The translations under genes and the position numbers were made by a program. Below, piece after piece: positions 34,924-45,955 of a DNA stretch of 64,000 nucleotides; within the stretch, counting starts at the first letter, position 1, and each line of letters starts with the position of its first letter. Source of the DNA: Bacteroidales bacterium (lineage in GTDB: Bacteria > Bacteroidota > Bacteroidia > Bacteroidales > ML635J-15); NCBI GenBank assembly GCA_035343375.1, contig DAOQYW010000007.1:6124-70123 (forward strand), read 5' to 3'. Below the pieces are notes generated by a model. It saw nothing but the letters and a program-made list of their open reading frames with translations. It was not told where the DNA came from and made no database searches.

Positions 34924-36602
34924 CAAGATTTATTAAATATCTGTTAATCATTCTAAACTTAATAGGTTTAGTCTATTCCTATAAAGCTCAAAGCTTAGAA
35001 TTTTATGTTAAAGACACAGTCCTTAATGATGTTGCTTTAGAGTTTCAAAAAAAATATTCAGATACTATTGAGTTAAACAATGTTTTAAAATCTTATTTGT
35101 CGTCAGATTTGTTAAAAGGATATGTTCTTGCAGGTTACGACAGTATTATATATGAAACGGCGAGAGTAAAAGCATATTACAACAGGGGTAATAAATTTGT
35201 GTGGGAAAATCTTTATTTTAATGATGAATTATTTGTAAAAACAAAACTGCCTAAAAAGTCAGATGGTTTTAACAGCGATATATTGACAAGAGAGATGAAA
35301 AGGGTAATCAATTACTATGCTGATAATGGTTATCCTTTTGCGGTTATTAAATTAGATTCGTTATTTTTTAATAAAAATATGGTTACAGCTACAATTGGAT
35401 TAGAATCAGGTAATAAATATTTAATTGATAGTATAATCATTAAAGGGACGCCGAAAATAAAGGGATATTACGTAAGTAAAGCGATTGATATTAAGTCGGG
35501 ACAAGTGTTTTCTATTTCAGATATTTCAAATATAGACAGAAAAATTAAAGCTGTGCCATTTTTAGAGCAATCAAGACCTTATCAATTAGCATTTTCCGAA
35601 GACAGAACAGATATCTTGCTTTATCTTAAGAATAAAAAAGCCAGCAATTTTAGTGGATTATTAGGAATAATGCCAAATAATCAAACAACTGGGAAATTAT
35701 TAATTACCGGCGATATAAACTTATATCTGCTCAATAGTGCCGGTATCGGTGAGTTATTCTTGTTTAAATGGCAAAAATATGAATCGTACAGTCAAAATTT
35801 AAAGACAAAAGTTTCTGTGCCATATTTGTTCAAATCCGATTTTGGTACCGCAGTGAGCTTTGATATTGAAAAGAAGGACAGTTCTTATGTTAACACAGAT
35901 TTTACAGGTTCTATACTTTATGGAAGTAATACCGGAAACGGAATAAAAATGTATTATCGTAAAATGAGCTCTTATTTGCTTGGTACAGATAGTAATGATA
36001 ATAATATTTCTGATTTTTCAATTAATTCTTATGGTATTGGATATAGATATTTAAGTACTGATAATTTGTTTCATCCAAGAAAGGGTTGGATAGTTGATAT
36101 CTTTTCCGAATTTGGATCAAAGAATATCTCTGGTAATAGTAATAATGACGACGATGTATTGTTTCAGACAAGAAATCAGGTTGATGTTGCTTATTTTATT
36201 CCAATTGGGAGTTTCATGTCAATAAAAATCAGAAATATTACTTCTTCAATTTACAGCAAAATAATACTTGATAATGAATTGTTTCGTATAGGAGGATTGA
36301 ATACCATAAGAGGATTTGATGAACTTTCAATACCTGTTTCATCGTTCTCTGTAAGCAATATAGAATTAAGTTATGTTTTCGAAGAAGAATCTGCATTATT
36401 TGCTTTTGTTGATGGAGCTTATTTTGAAAAAAGATTTACATCCGTTGATTCATACAATTATGCGATTGGCACAGGTATAGGGCTTGACTTAAATACCGCT
36501 GCTGGAACATTCACTATTGTTTATGCTATTGGTAAACAAAATGACAATAATTTCAGTTTTAATAATTCAAAAATTCATTTTGGATATAGAAACAATTTTT
36601 AG
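34920..36602 (+). CDS. BamA/TamA (Omp85)-like outer-membrane protein with POTRA domains
   Basis: YYADNGYPFA POTRA segment, FRIGGLNTIRGFDE (VRGF-like motif) and C-terminal KIHFGYRNNF; 4-bp overlap with the upstream gene. Confidence 0.78.
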   Translation: MTRFIKYLLIILNLIGLVYSYKAQSLEFYVKDTVLNDVALEFQKKYSDTIELNNVLKSYLSSDLLKGYVLAGYDSIIYETARVKAYYNRGNKFVWENLYFNDELFVKTKLPKKSDGFNSDILTREMKRVINYYADNGYPFAVIKLDSLFFNKNMVTATIGLESGNKYLIDSIIIKGTPKIKGYYVSKAIDIKSGQVFSISDISNIDRKIKAVPFLEQSRPYQLAFSEDRTDILLYLKNKKASNFSGLLGIMPNNQTTGKLLITGDINLYLLNSAGIGELFLFKWQKYESYSQNLKTKVSVPYLFKSDFGTAVSFDIEKKDSSYVNTDFTGSILYGSNTGNGIKMYYRKMSSYLLGTDSNDNNISDFSINSYGIGYRYLSTDNLFHPRKGWIVDIFSEFGSKNISGNSNNDDDVLFQTRNQVDVAYFIPIGSFMSIKIRNITSSIYSKIILDNELFRIGGLNTIRGFDELSIPVSSFSVSNIELSYVFEEESALFAFVDGAYFEKRFTSVDSYNYAIGTGIGLDLNTAAGTFTIVYAIGKQNDNNFSFNNSKIHFGYRNNF

Positions 36603-36703
36603 TTATTGTGAATTATTAGGATTATAAATAAAAATTGAATAGTCAAATAATTCTTTTTACAAATAATTGTATTAAATCTAGTTTATAATAAACAATTATT
36701 CTG

Positions 36704-36711
36704 TATATTTG
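36704..36711 (+). promoter_or_regulatory. -7 promoter box for the LytS/LytTR pair
   Basis: TATATTTG overlaps the ORF-track TTG start, so the real start is probably the in-frame TTG at 36736. Confidence 0.4.
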
Positions 36712-37779
36712 TATTGTTATTTTAAACCAAATATATTGAATAACATACCAAATACAGATTTTTTGCTATCACCGAAATACAGGCTTTTTCGTCATGTTTT
36801 ATTTTGGATTGTATATTTGTTTTATGCTGTTTTTGTATTTCATTTTAGTTTAGGGCTAGATTTTGAAATTGGGTTAAAGTTTGTTTATGTCTTTATAATT
36901 GATTTTATTACTGTTTATTTTTGCTTACATCTATTAGTAACACGATTTGTTGTAAAGAAGTTAAGGCTTAAGATGTTTTATGGACTTTTTGTTTTGGCCT
37001 TGGTCATAAATTTTTTAATAAATTTTGTTTTTTTAAATTTTTTATTTTGCATATCCGAAACTTGTGATTGGCATGACTACCTTCATAAACAAACTTATAG
37101 TTTTGTTTTGTCTTTTGTTTTTATTTCTATAGCAATAGGATTGAAAATATTTAAACTAAATCTTGAGAACACTTCTAAAATAATAGATTTACAAAAACAA
37201 AAAGTAAGTAGTGAACTTAATTTTTTAAAGAATCAGATGAATCCTCACTTTTTGTTTAATACATTAAATAATATATATATCCAAACTCGTATTCAACCGG
37301 CAAAAGCAGCAGACATGGTATTAAAACTTTCCGATTTATTGCGATACCAATTATATGAATGTTCAGAAGATAAAGTGTTGTTAAAATCGGAAGTTGACTA
37401 TTTAAATAATTACATTGAATTACAAAAGATACGCATTGCGAATGCAGAAATAAAAATAGATGTAAGTGGAACATATAAAGGCTTGATGATATACCCGTTT
37501 ATGTTTATTTCATTTCTGGAAAATTCATTTAAACACGGTATAAGTTCACAATCTGTTGAAAATTTTATTCATATTAATATTAGGATTGTAGAAAAATTTG
37601 TTATCTTTGCAGTAAAAAATTCAAAGATTGATACAAAACCTCAAGATTCTCAATCAGGAGGAATAGGGCTGGAAAATATTAAAAAAAGATTGGAGTTATT
37701 GTATCCTGAAAAGTATGAATTAACAATTGAAGATAAAGAGAAATATTTTAATGTTGAACTAAAAATAAATCTGGAATGA
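36709..37779 (+). CDS. LytS-like membrane sensor histidine kinase
   Basis: Several TM helices; ELNFLKNQMNPHFLFNTLNNIY, LRYQLYE, FLENSFKHG and GGIGLENIKKRL motifs. Confidence 0.9.
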   Translation: MYCYFKPNILNNIPNTDFLLSPKYRLFRHVLFWIVYLFYAVFVFHFSLGLDFEIGLKFVYVFIIDFITVYFCLHLLVTRFVVKKLRLKMFYGLFVLALVINFLINFVFLNFLFCISETCDWHDYLHKQTYSFVLSFVFISIAIGLKIFKLNLENTSKIIDLQKQKVSSELNFLKNQMNPHFLFNTLNNIYIQTRIQPAKAADMVLKLSDLLRYQLYECSEDKVLLKSEVDYLNNYIELQKIRIANAEIKIDVSGTYKGLMIYPFMFISFLENSFKHGISSQSVENFIHINIRIVEKFVIFAVKNSKIDTKPQDSQSGGIGLENIKKRLELLYPEKYELTIEDKEKYFNVELKINLE

Positions 37780-38489
37780 TGAAATGTATTATAGTTGATG
37801 ACGAACCTTTGGCACGCGAAGGGATGAAAATGAACATCGGCGAATTGTCAAATCTGACTTTGGTAGGTGAATTCGAAAACGCAGCCGCTGCAAATGAATT
37901 CTTACAAAATAATGATGTTGACATTATGTTTCTTGATATAGAAATGCCTGGAGTATCAGGTCTTGAATTTCTTAGAAGCCTTAGCAATGCTCCGATGGTA
38001 ATTTTAACAACTGCTTATCCTCAATATGCTGTTGAAGCCTATGAACTTGATGTAGTTGATTATTTGGTAAAACCCGTAAAATTGGATCGTTTTATCAAAG
38101 CTGTAGCAAAAGCTGAAGAATTTATAAATTTATCTAAAAATACGGCAATTTTTGAAGCTATTGAAGATGATTTCATCTTTATCAAATCGGAAAGAAAATA
38201 TGTGAAAATAAGATTTGATGAATTATTATTTATCGAAGGTCTTAAAGATTATGTTATCGTTCATGCTACTCATGGAAAATATATGACTGCTATGAATGTT
38301 AAAACTATTCATAACAAGCTTCCGGAAGATGTATTCTTTAGAGTAAGTAAATCCTTTATTATTAACGTAAATCATATTGATGATATTGATGGTAATTATG
38401 TTAATATTAAAGAGAATAAGGTACCTATCGGACGTTCATATCGTGATGTTTTTCTAGAGTTCATAAATAGACGTTTATTAAGAAGATAA
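37776..38489 (+). CDS. LytTR family response regulator
   Basis: IVDDEPLAR, FLDIEMP, TTAY, DYLVKP; LytTR domain FFRVSKSFIIN. Confidence 0.93.
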   Translation: MMKCIIVDDEPLAREGMKMNIGELSNLTLVGEFENAAAANEFLQNNDVDIMFLDIEMPGVSGLEFLRSLSNAPMVILTTAYPQYAVEAYELDVVDYLVKPVKLDRFIKAVAKAEEFINLSKNTAIFEAIEDDFIFIKSERKYVKIRFDELLFIEGLKDYVIVHATHGKYMTAMNVKTIHNKLPEDVFFRVSKSFIINVNHIDDIDGNYVNIKENKVPIGRSYRDVFLEFINRRLLRR

Positions 38490-38496
38490 TATGTCT

Positions 38497-38526
38497 AAAA
38501 AGCAGCAGTTATATGCTGCTTTTTTT
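38497..38526 (+). terminator. Intrinsic terminator after the response regulator
   Basis: AAAAAGCAGCA-gttata-TGCTGCTTTTTT. Confidence 0.8.
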
Positions 38527-38549
38527 ATTAACAAAATGTAAAATCAATT

Positions 38550-38897
38550 TTGGCTGATGTTAATATAAATATTCAGGGTTTAATGTATCGCACTGCTGGT
38601 GATAAAGAACTTATTACTGAACTTTGCAGACTTTTAAGAAACGAGATTCCAAATTATGAATTAGAATTACAATTGGCTCTTAATAATGATGATTATATCA
38701 AAATTGCAACCATATGTCACAGGATGAAAAGTTCAGTTGCTGTATTAGGTTTTGACAAATTATCTGCAGAAATACTTGTTATAGAAGAAAAAGCAATAAA
38801 AAAATCACCTGATTTTGAGTTTAGTAATAAAATAAATTGTATTTTTATATCCTTAAATAAACATTTAATTGAATTAGAGAATTTTTTAAAAAAATAG
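38550..38897 (+). CDS. Stand-alone Hpt (histidine phosphotransfer) domain protein
   Basis: ICHRMKSSVAVLG matches the Hpt H-x-x-K-S-S signature; TTG start. Confidence 0.75.
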   Translation: MADVNINIQGLMYRTAGDKELITELCRLLRNEIPNYELELQLALNNDDYIKIATICHRMKSSVAVLGFDKLSAEILVIEEKAIKKSPDFEFSNKINCIFISLNKHLIELENFLKK

Positions 38898-38900
38898 ACT

Positions 38901-40025
38901 ATGGGATTATTAAACAAACTAAAGAATGAATTTATTGATATCGTTGAATGGTTAGACCCAACCAATGATACAATAGTACATCGTTTTGAAAGATATCAGA
39001 ACGAGATAAAAATGGGAGCAAAGTTAACTGTGAGAGAATCGCAGGTTGCCGTATTTATTAACGAAGGACAGATTGCCGATGTTTTTCAGCCTGGCATGTA
39101 CACACTGCAAACACAGAACATGCCTATTCTTTCTACTCTTAAAGGTTGGGTTCATGGATTCAATTCTCCTTTTAAAGCAGAAGTTTACTTTGTTAATACA
39201 AAGAAGTTTTTAGACAACAAATGGGGAACTCCAAATCCGGTAATGCTTCGTGACCCTGAGTTCGGTCCAATTCGTATCAGAGCTTTTGGTGTATATGAAT
39301 TTAGAGTGTCTGATGCTGCGACATTTATTCGTGATGTAGTGGGAACTGATGGAGATTTTACTACTGAGCAGGTAACAAATCAATTGAGAAACATTATTGT
39401 AACCAGGTTTACTGATGCAATTGGTGAAGCAAAAATCCCGGTTTTGGATATGGCTTCAAATTATAACGAGTTTTCAGAAAAAGTTGCAGGGGTAATAATA
39501 GATGAATATAAGCAGTATGGTTTAAATATGACCAAGTTCCTTGTATCAAATATTAGTTTACCACCTAATGTAGAAGAAGCACTCGATAAACGTTCGAGTA
39601 TGGGTATTATTGGCGACATGGGTAAATTTACTCAATATCAAACTGCAGAAGCTATTGGCGATATGGCTAACAATCCTAGTGAAGGCGGTGGTATGATGGC
39701 TGGAGGAATGGGAATGGGAATGGGATTCGCTATGGCAGGTCAAATGGCAAATAATATGAATCCTAATCAACAGCAACAGCAAGGTCCACCACCAATGCCT
39801 CAGGCAGTAGTTTTCTTTGCTGTTGTTAATGGACAGCAGGCAGGACCATTTGATGTAAATGTTTTAAGGCAGATGGTTGCAGCAGGTTCTTTAACAAAAG
39901 AAACAATGGTTTGGAAACAGGGTATGCCTAATTGGATGGCTGCAGGTCAGGTTCAGGAATTGTTTAACATTTTTGGTGCTACTCCACCTCCTGTTCCACC
40001 ACCACCACCTGTTCCGGGAACATAA
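38901..40025 (+). CDS. SPFH/band-7 (YdjI-like) protein with C-terminal GYF_2 (DUF4339) domain
   Basis: LTVRESQVAVF, KWGTPNPV, IRAFG; glycine/methionine-rich linker; GQQAGPF..ETMVWKQGMPNW; poly-Pro tail. Confidence 0.85.
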   Translation: MGLLNKLKNEFIDIVEWLDPTNDTIVHRFERYQNEIKMGAKLTVRESQVAVFINEGQIADVFQPGMYTLQTQNMPILSTLKGWVHGFNSPFKAEVYFVNTKKFLDNKWGTPNPVMLRDPEFGPIRIRAFGVYEFRVSDAATFIRDVVGTDGDFTTEQVTNQLRNIIVTRFTDAIGEAKIPVLDMASNYNEFSEKVAGVIIDEYKQYGLNMTKFLVSNISLPPNVEEALDKRSSMGIIGDMGKFTQYQTAEAIGDMANNPSEGGGMMAGGMGMGMGFAMAGQMANNMNPNQQQQQGPPPMPQAVVFFAVVNGQQAGPFDVNVLRQMVAAGSLTKETMVWKQGMPNWMAAGQVQELFNIFGATPPPVPPPPPVPGT

Positions 40026-40039
40026 AATATAAATGAATT

Positions 40040-40072
40040 AAAAAACGGCATAATAAAAATGTCGTTTTTTTT
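40040..40072 (+). terminator. Intrinsic terminator after the SPFH gene
   Basis: AAAAAACGGCAT..ATGTCGTTTTTT with one G-U pair. Confidence 0.7.
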
Positions 40073-40166
40073 ATTTATTGAAAAGTACCTAATAATGTTT
40101 TTTTTATTTTCTATTTCACTTCAAAATATTACTTTTGAATCGTAGTTTTTTATATTACTATATTTA

Positions 40167-41516
40167 ATGGCTGAAGAATATAAAATAAAACAAGGTCTTA
40201 ATGTGAAAATTTCCGGGAAAGCAGAAATTTTAATGGGTGATGATATTGTTGTTAACTATTACAGTATGCGTCCAATAGATTTTGTAGGTTTAATCCCAAA
40301 ACTTTTAAAGAAAGAAGGAGAAGCTGTAAAAAGAGGGGAGCCGGTTTATTGCGATAAATATAATACTGAGATAAAATTTACTTCTCCTGTAAGTGGACAA
40401 ATAACGAATATTTTAAGGGGTGAAAAACGAAAACTGTTAGAGATTATAATCCAATCAGACAATGAAGATAATGCAATAAATTTTGAAGATATAATATCTG
40501 TAAATAGTCCTGAAAGTCTGAAGTCATTGTTAACTATTTCAGGTGTTTGGCCTTTTATTAAACAAAGACCTTATGGAATTATTGCAAATCCGAATGATAT
40601 TTCAAGGGACATTTTTATTTCATTCTTTGATTCTGCTCCATTGTCCTGTGATTTTGAATTTGTCTTAAAAGATAAAACTGTTGAAATAAATGCTGCACTC
40701 AAAGCATTAAAAACTTTAACAAAAGGTAAAGTTTATCTAAATTTTAAGAAAAATTCAAAATTGGCTGATGTAATAGACAATGTAAATGATTATGTTGTCA
40801 GCTTTTTTGATGGGCCTCATCCATCTGGACTTGCAGGTACACATATAAATAAAATCAAACCGATAAATAAGAATGAAATTGTATGGACAGTTAATGCAAC
40901 TGATTTGCCGATAATTGGCAATCTTTTATTAAATGCGGAATATAACACTGAAAGACTTATAGCGATTGCTGGACCAGAGGTAAAACATCCATGTTATTAT
41001 AATCTAAAATCAGGAGCTGATATTTCCGAATTCCTCAAAACAGGTGTTAACGGTGATAATTATCGTGTTATTTCAGGTAATGTGTTGACCGGAACAAATA
41101 TATCAGCAAATCCCTGTCTTGGGTTTTATGATAATTTAATTAGTATTATTCCCGAAGGGAACAAATATGAAATGTTTGGCTGGATGCAACCGGGTTTTAA
41201 GAAATTTAGCATTAACAGGGCTTTTGCATCAAAAATAATTCATCCAAAGAGTTTTGAGATTAATACAAATTATCATGGCGGGAACAGAGCTTACGTTGTT
41301 ACCGGAGAATATGAGAAAGTATGTCCTTTAGATATTTTACCTCAACTTTTAATTAAGGCTATAATGGCAGGAGATATTGAAAAAATGGAAAATCTTGGGA
41401 TTTATGAAGTTATTGAAGAAGATTTTGCTTTGTGTGAGTTTGTTTGCACATCAAAAACTGATGTTCAGACTATATTACGCGAAGGACTTGATATCATTAG
41501 AAAAGAGATGTCTTAA
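40167..41516 (+). CDS. nqrA: Na+-translocating NADH:quinone reductase subunit A
   Basis: IKQGLNV, SPVSG, WPFIKQRPY, GPHPSG, ISGNVLTG and ELGIYEVIEEDFALCEFVCTSK motifs. Confidence 0.93.
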   Translation: MAEEYKIKQGLNVKISGKAEILMGDDIVVNYYSMRPIDFVGLIPKLLKKEGEAVKRGEPVYCDKYNTEIKFTSPVSGQITNILRGEKRKLLEIIIQSDNEDNAINFEDIISVNSPESLKSLLTISGVWPFIKQRPYGIIANPNDISRDIFISFFDSAPLSCDFEFVLKDKTVEINAALKALKTLTKGKVYLNFKKNSKLADVIDNVNDYVVSFFDGPHPSGLAGTHINKIKPINKNEIVWTVNATDLPIIGNLLLNAEYNTERLIAIAGPEVKHPCYYNLKSGADISEFLKTGVNGDNYRVISGNVLTGTNISANPCLGFYDNLISIIPEGNKYEMFGWMQPGFKKFSINRAFASKIIHPKSFEINTNYHGGNRAYVVTGEYEKVCPLDILPQLLIKAIMAGDIEKMENLGIYEVIEEDFALCEFVCTSKTDVQTILREGLDIIRKEMS

Positions 41517-41527
41517 AATATTTTAAA

Positions 41528-42703
41528 ATGAAGTTTTTAAGAAAACAAATAGATAAAATAAAACCAAATTTTGAAAAAGGAGGGAAGCTCTATTTTTTAC
41601 ATTCTACTTTTGATGCATTTGAGACATTTTTATTTGTTCCAAATAAAGTAACAAAAAAAGGAGCACATATTCGTGATGCAATGGATATGAAACGGCTCAT
41701 GATAATTGTAGTTTTAGCTCTTGTTCCATCAGTACTTTTTGGTATTTATAATACTGGATTACAGCATTTTATAGCTACGGGACAAATTCGTGAGTTTTGG
41801 CCAATGATATGGTATGGTGCACAAAAAGTTGTTCCTTTAATTGTTGTTACATATGTTGTAGGATTAGGAATCGAATTTGGTTTTGCTCAAATACGCAAAC
41901 ACGAGGTAAACGAGGGATTTCTTGTAACCGGAATGCTTATACCTTTAATTGTTCCTGCTGATATTCCATTATGGATGTTGGCTTTAGCAACTGCATTTTC
42001 TGTCATTATCGGTAAAGAGGTTTTTGGTGGAACAGGAATGAATATTTTAAATCCTGCACTTACGGCACGGGCATTTTTGTTTTTTGCATATCCATCATGG
42101 ATGTCGGGCGATAAAGTATGGATAAGCGGAATGATGAAAGGCGATAATGTTATTGACGGTTTTTCAGGAGCTACTTTGTTGGATCAAGCATCTGAAGGTG
42201 CAAAAGTTTTTGTTAACGGGTTGGGTGAGAAGATTACACATTGGGATATGTTTTTAGGTACAATTCCCGGTTCTGTTGGAGAGACATCTGTATTGGCTAT
42301 TCTTTTTGGAGCAGTTTTACTGCTTTTTACAGGTGTTGGCAGTTGGAGGATAATGTTGTCAACATTGCTGGGAGGAATTACAATGGGATTATTATTTAAT
42401 ATTTTTGCTGTTAATCCGGCAATGGAAGTGCCCTGGTTCGAACATCTACTTATGGGTGGTTTTGCTTTCGGTTTGGTGTTTATGGCAACCGATCCGGTAA
42501 CAGCAGCTCAAACTAACAAAGGAAAGTACATTTATGGTTTTTTGATAGGTTTATTAGCAATATTAATCAGAGTTCTAAATCCTGCATATCCCGAAGGTAT
42601 GATGCTTGCAATTTTGTTTATGAATGTTTTTGCACCTTTGATTGACTATATGGTAGTACAGTCAAATATTAAAAGACGTTTGAAGAGAGTTATGACTAAA
42701 TAG
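41528..42703 (+). CDS. nqrB: Na+-NQR subunit B
   Basis: HIRDAMDMKR, KEVFGGTG, SGAT FMN-attachment motif, GSVGETS and FMATDPV. Confidence 0.95.
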   Translation: MKFLRKQIDKIKPNFEKGGKLYFLHSTFDAFETFLFVPNKVTKKGAHIRDAMDMKRLMIIVVLALVPSVLFGIYNTGLQHFIATGQIREFWPMIWYGAQKVVPLIVVTYVVGLGIEFGFAQIRKHEVNEGFLVTGMLIPLIVPADIPLWMLALATAFSVIIGKEVFGGTGMNILNPALTARAFLFFAYPSWMSGDKVWISGMMKGDNVIDGFSGATLLDQASEGAKVFVNGLGEKITHWDMFLGTIPGSVGETSVLAILFGAVLLLFTGVGSWRIMLSTLLGGITMGLLFNIFAVNPAMEVPWFEHLLMGGFAFGLVFMATDPVTAAQTNKGKYIYGFLIGLLAILIRVLNPAYPEGMMLAILFMNVFAPLIDYMVVQSNIKRRLKRVMTK

Positions 42704-42705
42704 TT

Positions 42706-43410
42706 ATGAAAATGAATAGAAACAGTAATACATATACTATATTGTTTTCAATTATCATGGTTATTATTGTTGCAACAATTTTAACTATTGTAGCTATTTC
42801 ATTACAACCTGCACAAAAGAGAAATATTAAAATTGAAAAGAAAAAAAATATTCTTTCCGCATTAAATATCCAATCCAATGCTCAAAATGCTACTGAATTA
42901 TATGATAAGTATGTTATTGAAAGTTTTGCAGTTAATTTAAATGGCGATAAGGTTGTTAATATTGATGCATTTAACATTGATTTGAAAAAAGAATTAAAAA
43001 AGGACGAAGAAAATCAGTTGTGGCCGGTTTATGTTTGTGCAACCGAAGATGGTACAAAATATCTTTTTGCTTTATATGGCAAAGGTTTGTGGGGACCTAT
43101 TTGGGGATATATAGCACTAAATGATGACTTGAACAGTGTTTACGGAGTATATTTCGATCATAAATCTGAAACTCCCGGGTTGGGAGCAGAGATTTCGACT
43201 CAGGATTTCCAAAATCAGTTTAAGAATAAAACATTATTTAATGAAAATAATATGTTTATTTCGATTGATGTTGTAAAGTCAGGAGCAGGTAATAATCCAT
43301 TTGCAGTTGATGCTGTTTCAGGAGGAACAATTACATCAAATGGGTTGAGAGATATGATTAAAATTTGTATGACAGCATATCTGGGCTATATTGAGAAAAA
43401 TAAAAAATAA
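42706..43410 (+). CDS. nqrC: Na+-NQR subunit C
   Basis: [19 protein letters not shown] and [10 protein letters not shown] (FMN-Thr). Confidence 0.94.
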   Translation: MKMNRNSNTYTILFSIIMVIIVATILTIVAISLQPAQKRNIKIEKKKNILSALNIQSNAQNATELYDKYVIESFAVNLNGDKVVNIDAFNIDLKKELKKDEENQLWPVYVCATEDGTKYLFALYGKGLWGPIWGYIALNDDLNSVYGVYFDHKSETPGLGAEISTQDFQNQFKNKTLFNENNMFISIDVVKSGAGNNPFAVDAVSGGTITSNGLRDMIKICMTAYLGYIEKNKK

Positions 43411-44038
43411 GATTATGTTTTCGAAGAAAAATTTGAGATTAATAACAGATCCTATAAATAAAAACAATCCTATTACGATTCAGGTATTGGGAATTTGTTC
43501 CGCTCTGGCTGTTACGGTTAAGCTTCAACCGGCTGTTGTCATGGCTATAAGTGTGGTTTTTGTGATTGCCATGTCAAATGTTATTATTTCCGCTTTAAGA
43601 AATACTATACCTAACAGAATAAGAATTATTGTTCAACTAGTGGTAATTGCCACTCTGGTAATTGTTGTTGATCAGTTTTTGAAAGCTTACGTATTTGATG
43701 TAAGTAAACAATTGTCCGTTTTTGTGGGTTTGATAATTACGAATTGTATTGTAATGGGAAGGCTCGAAGCTTTTGCCATGTCAAATAATGTTAAGCGTAG
43801 TTTTTTTGATGGACTTGGAAATGGGATAGGGTACGGGTCAATTCTGATAATTGTTGCTTTTTTTAGGGAATTGCTTGGAAGTGGAACAATCTGGAATATT
43901 AAAATTATTCCGGAGTCATTTTATAATTTCGGATATTTTAACAATCAACTTATGATAATGCCACCAATGGCATTAATTGTTGTGGGAATAATAATTTGGG
44001 TACAGAGAAGCAAAAACCGTGAAATGATTGAAGATTGA
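43391..44038 (+). CDS. nqrD: Na+-NQR subunit D (likely start MFSKK)
   Basis: [18 protein letters not shown] and [16 protein letters not shown]. Confidence 0.94.
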   Translation: MRKIKNKIMFSKKNLRLITDPINKNNPITIQVLGICSALAVTVKLQPAVVMAISVVFVIAMSNVIISALRNTIPNRIRIIVQLVVIATLVIVVDQFLKAYVFDVSKQLSVFVGLIITNCIVMGRLEAFAMSNNVKRSFFDGLGNGIGYGSILIIVAFFRELLGSGTIWNIKIIPESFYNFGYFNNQLMIMPPMALIVVGIIIWVQRSKNREMIED

Positions 44039-44660
44039 AATTATGGAAGATATCTTAAACATATTTATCAAATCCGTATTTATTGACAATATGGTTTTTG
44101 CCTATTTCCTAGGCATGTGCTCTTACCTTGCTGTTTCAAAAACTGTTAAAACATCTTTTGGCCTTGGTATTGCTGTAGTTTTTGTGCTGACTATAACAAT
44201 CCCGATTAATTTTCTGATGGAGAAATATTTATTGAAAGAAGGAGCCTTGGCTTGGATATCTTCAGATTTTGCTGATGTTGATCTTAGCTTCTTAACTTTT
44301 ATTCTGTTTATTGCAGTTATTGCATCAATGGTTCAATTGGTCGAAATGATTATTGAAAAATTTTCACCAGCACTATATTCTTCCTTAGGGATATTTTTAC
44401 CGTTGATAGCAGTAAATTGTGCAATACTTGGAGGAGCATTGTTTATGTCCGAACGTGAATATGCAAATATTGGAGAAGCCACAGTTTTTGGGTTTGGCTC
44501 CGGAATAGGTTGGCTATTGGCAATAGTCGGAATAGCTGCAATCAGAGAAAAAATTAAATACTCAAATATACCTAAACCACTTAAAGGATTGGGAATAACT
44601 TTTATAATTACAGGTTTGATGGGTTTGGCTTTTATGGGATTTATGGGTATAGATATTTAA
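44028..44660 (+). CDS. nqrE: Na+-NQR subunit E
   Basis: [28 protein letters not shown] and IREK. Confidence 0.94.
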   Translation: MKIEIMEDILNIFIKSVFIDNMVFAYFLGMCSYLAVSKTVKTSFGLGIAVVFVLTITIPINFLMEKYLLKEGALAWISSDFADVDLSFLTFILFIAVIASMVQLVEMIIEKFSPALYSSLGIFLPLIAVNCAILGGALFMSEREYANIGEATVFGFGSGIGWLLAIVGIAAIREKIKYSNIPKPLKGLGITFIITGLMGLAFMGFMGIDI

Positions 44661-44661
44661 A

Positions 44662-45930
44662 ATGTTTTATATGATAATATTATCTGCGCAGACAATAATA
44701 ATTTTAAGTGCAATTTCAGTTTTTCTGATTGTAATTGTTTTGTTGGTAATAATGTTGTTGTACGCCAAGAAAAAGCTTACTCCTCAAGGAGAGGTTAAAA
44801 TTACAATTAACGACGAAAAAGTTTTAGTTGTTCAACCGGGATCATCTCTTTTGCAGACTTTAAGCGAAAATAAAATTTTTGTTCCGTCTGCTTGTGGTGG
44901 AGGAGGCACTTGTGGTATGTGTAAATGCAGAATATTGGAGGGCGGCGGAACGATTTTACCAACGGAAACAGGTTTTTTTAAAAGAAAAGAGCAACAAAAT
45001 TTTTGGCGTTTGGCTTGTCAGGTAAAAGTTAGAAACGATTTGCAAATAGAACTCCCTCAAGAAGTTATGGGTGTAAAAAAATGGGAGTGTGAAGTAGTTT
45101 CAAACAGAAATGTTGCAACTTTTATTAAAGAGTTTGTAGTGAAATTACCTGATGGCGAAAATCTGGAGTTTTTATCGGGAGGATATATCCAAATAGATGT
45201 GCCGGTAATATCTGTTGATTATTCAAAAGATATTGAAGTTGAAGAAGAATATCGTCAGGATTGGGATGCCCTCAAGTTATGGAATTTAAAAATGATAAAT
45301 GAAGAAACTACTTTCAGAGCTTATTCTATGGCAAATCATCCGGCTGAAGGAAATGTGATAATGTTGAATGTACGTATTGCTACACCTCCCTGGGACAGAA
45401 AAACCAATTCATTTGCTAAGTTAAATCCCGGTGTGTGTTCATCATTTATATTTTCTCGTAAACCCGGTGATAAGGTAATGATTTCCGGCCCGTATGGAGA
45501 ATTTCATATTAAAAATACAGATAGAGAAATTTTGTTTATTGGTGGTGGGGCAGGTATGGCTCCCATGCGTTCTCATATTTTTCATTTGTTCAATACAGAA
45601 AAAACTTCACGCAAAGTTTCTTTTTGGTATGGAGCAAGATCAAAACGCGAAATTTTTTATGAAGAAGAATTTAGAGAAATAGAACGACAATACTCTAATT
45701 TTAAATTTAATATTGCTTTATCCGAACCTAAAGAAGAAGATGAATGGACAGGTTATGTAGGTTTTATTCACAAAGTGATTTATGATGAGTATCTGGGAAA
45801 TATCGAAGAACCCGAAGACATTGAATATTATTTGTGTGGTCCGCCAATGATGAATGATGCTGTACTTAAAATGCTTGATAATCTTGGCGTTCCGGATGAA
45901 ATGATTGCATTTGATGATTTCGGAGGTTAA
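44662..45930 (+). CDS. nqrF: Na+-NQR subunit F
   Basis: 2Fe-2S ACGGGGTCGMCKC..RLACQ, RAYSMAN, GGGAGMAPMRS, YLCGPP and C-terminal DDFGG. Confidence 0.96.
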   Translation: MFYMIILSAQTIIILSAISVFLIVIVLLVIMLLYAKKKLTPQGEVKITINDEKVLVVQPGSSLLQTLSENKIFVPSACGGGGTCGMCKCRILEGGGTILPTETGFFKRKEQQNFWRLACQVKVRNDLQIELPQEVMGVKKWECEVVSNRNVATFIKEFVVKLPDGENLEFLSGGYIQIDVPVISVDYSKDIEVEEEYRQDWDALKLWNLKMINEETTFRAYSMANHPAEGNVIMLNVRIATPPWDRKTNSFAKLNPGVCSSFIFSRKPGDKVMISGPYGEFHIKNTDREILFIGGGAGMAPMRSHIFHLFNTEKTSRKVSFWYGARSKREIFYEEEFREIERQYSNFKFNIALSEPKEEDEWTGYVGFIHKVIYDEYLGNIEEPEDIEYYLCGPPMMNDAVLKMLDNLGVPDEMIAFDDFGG

Positions 45931-45955
45931 AATATTTAAGCAAAAATAAAGCCTT

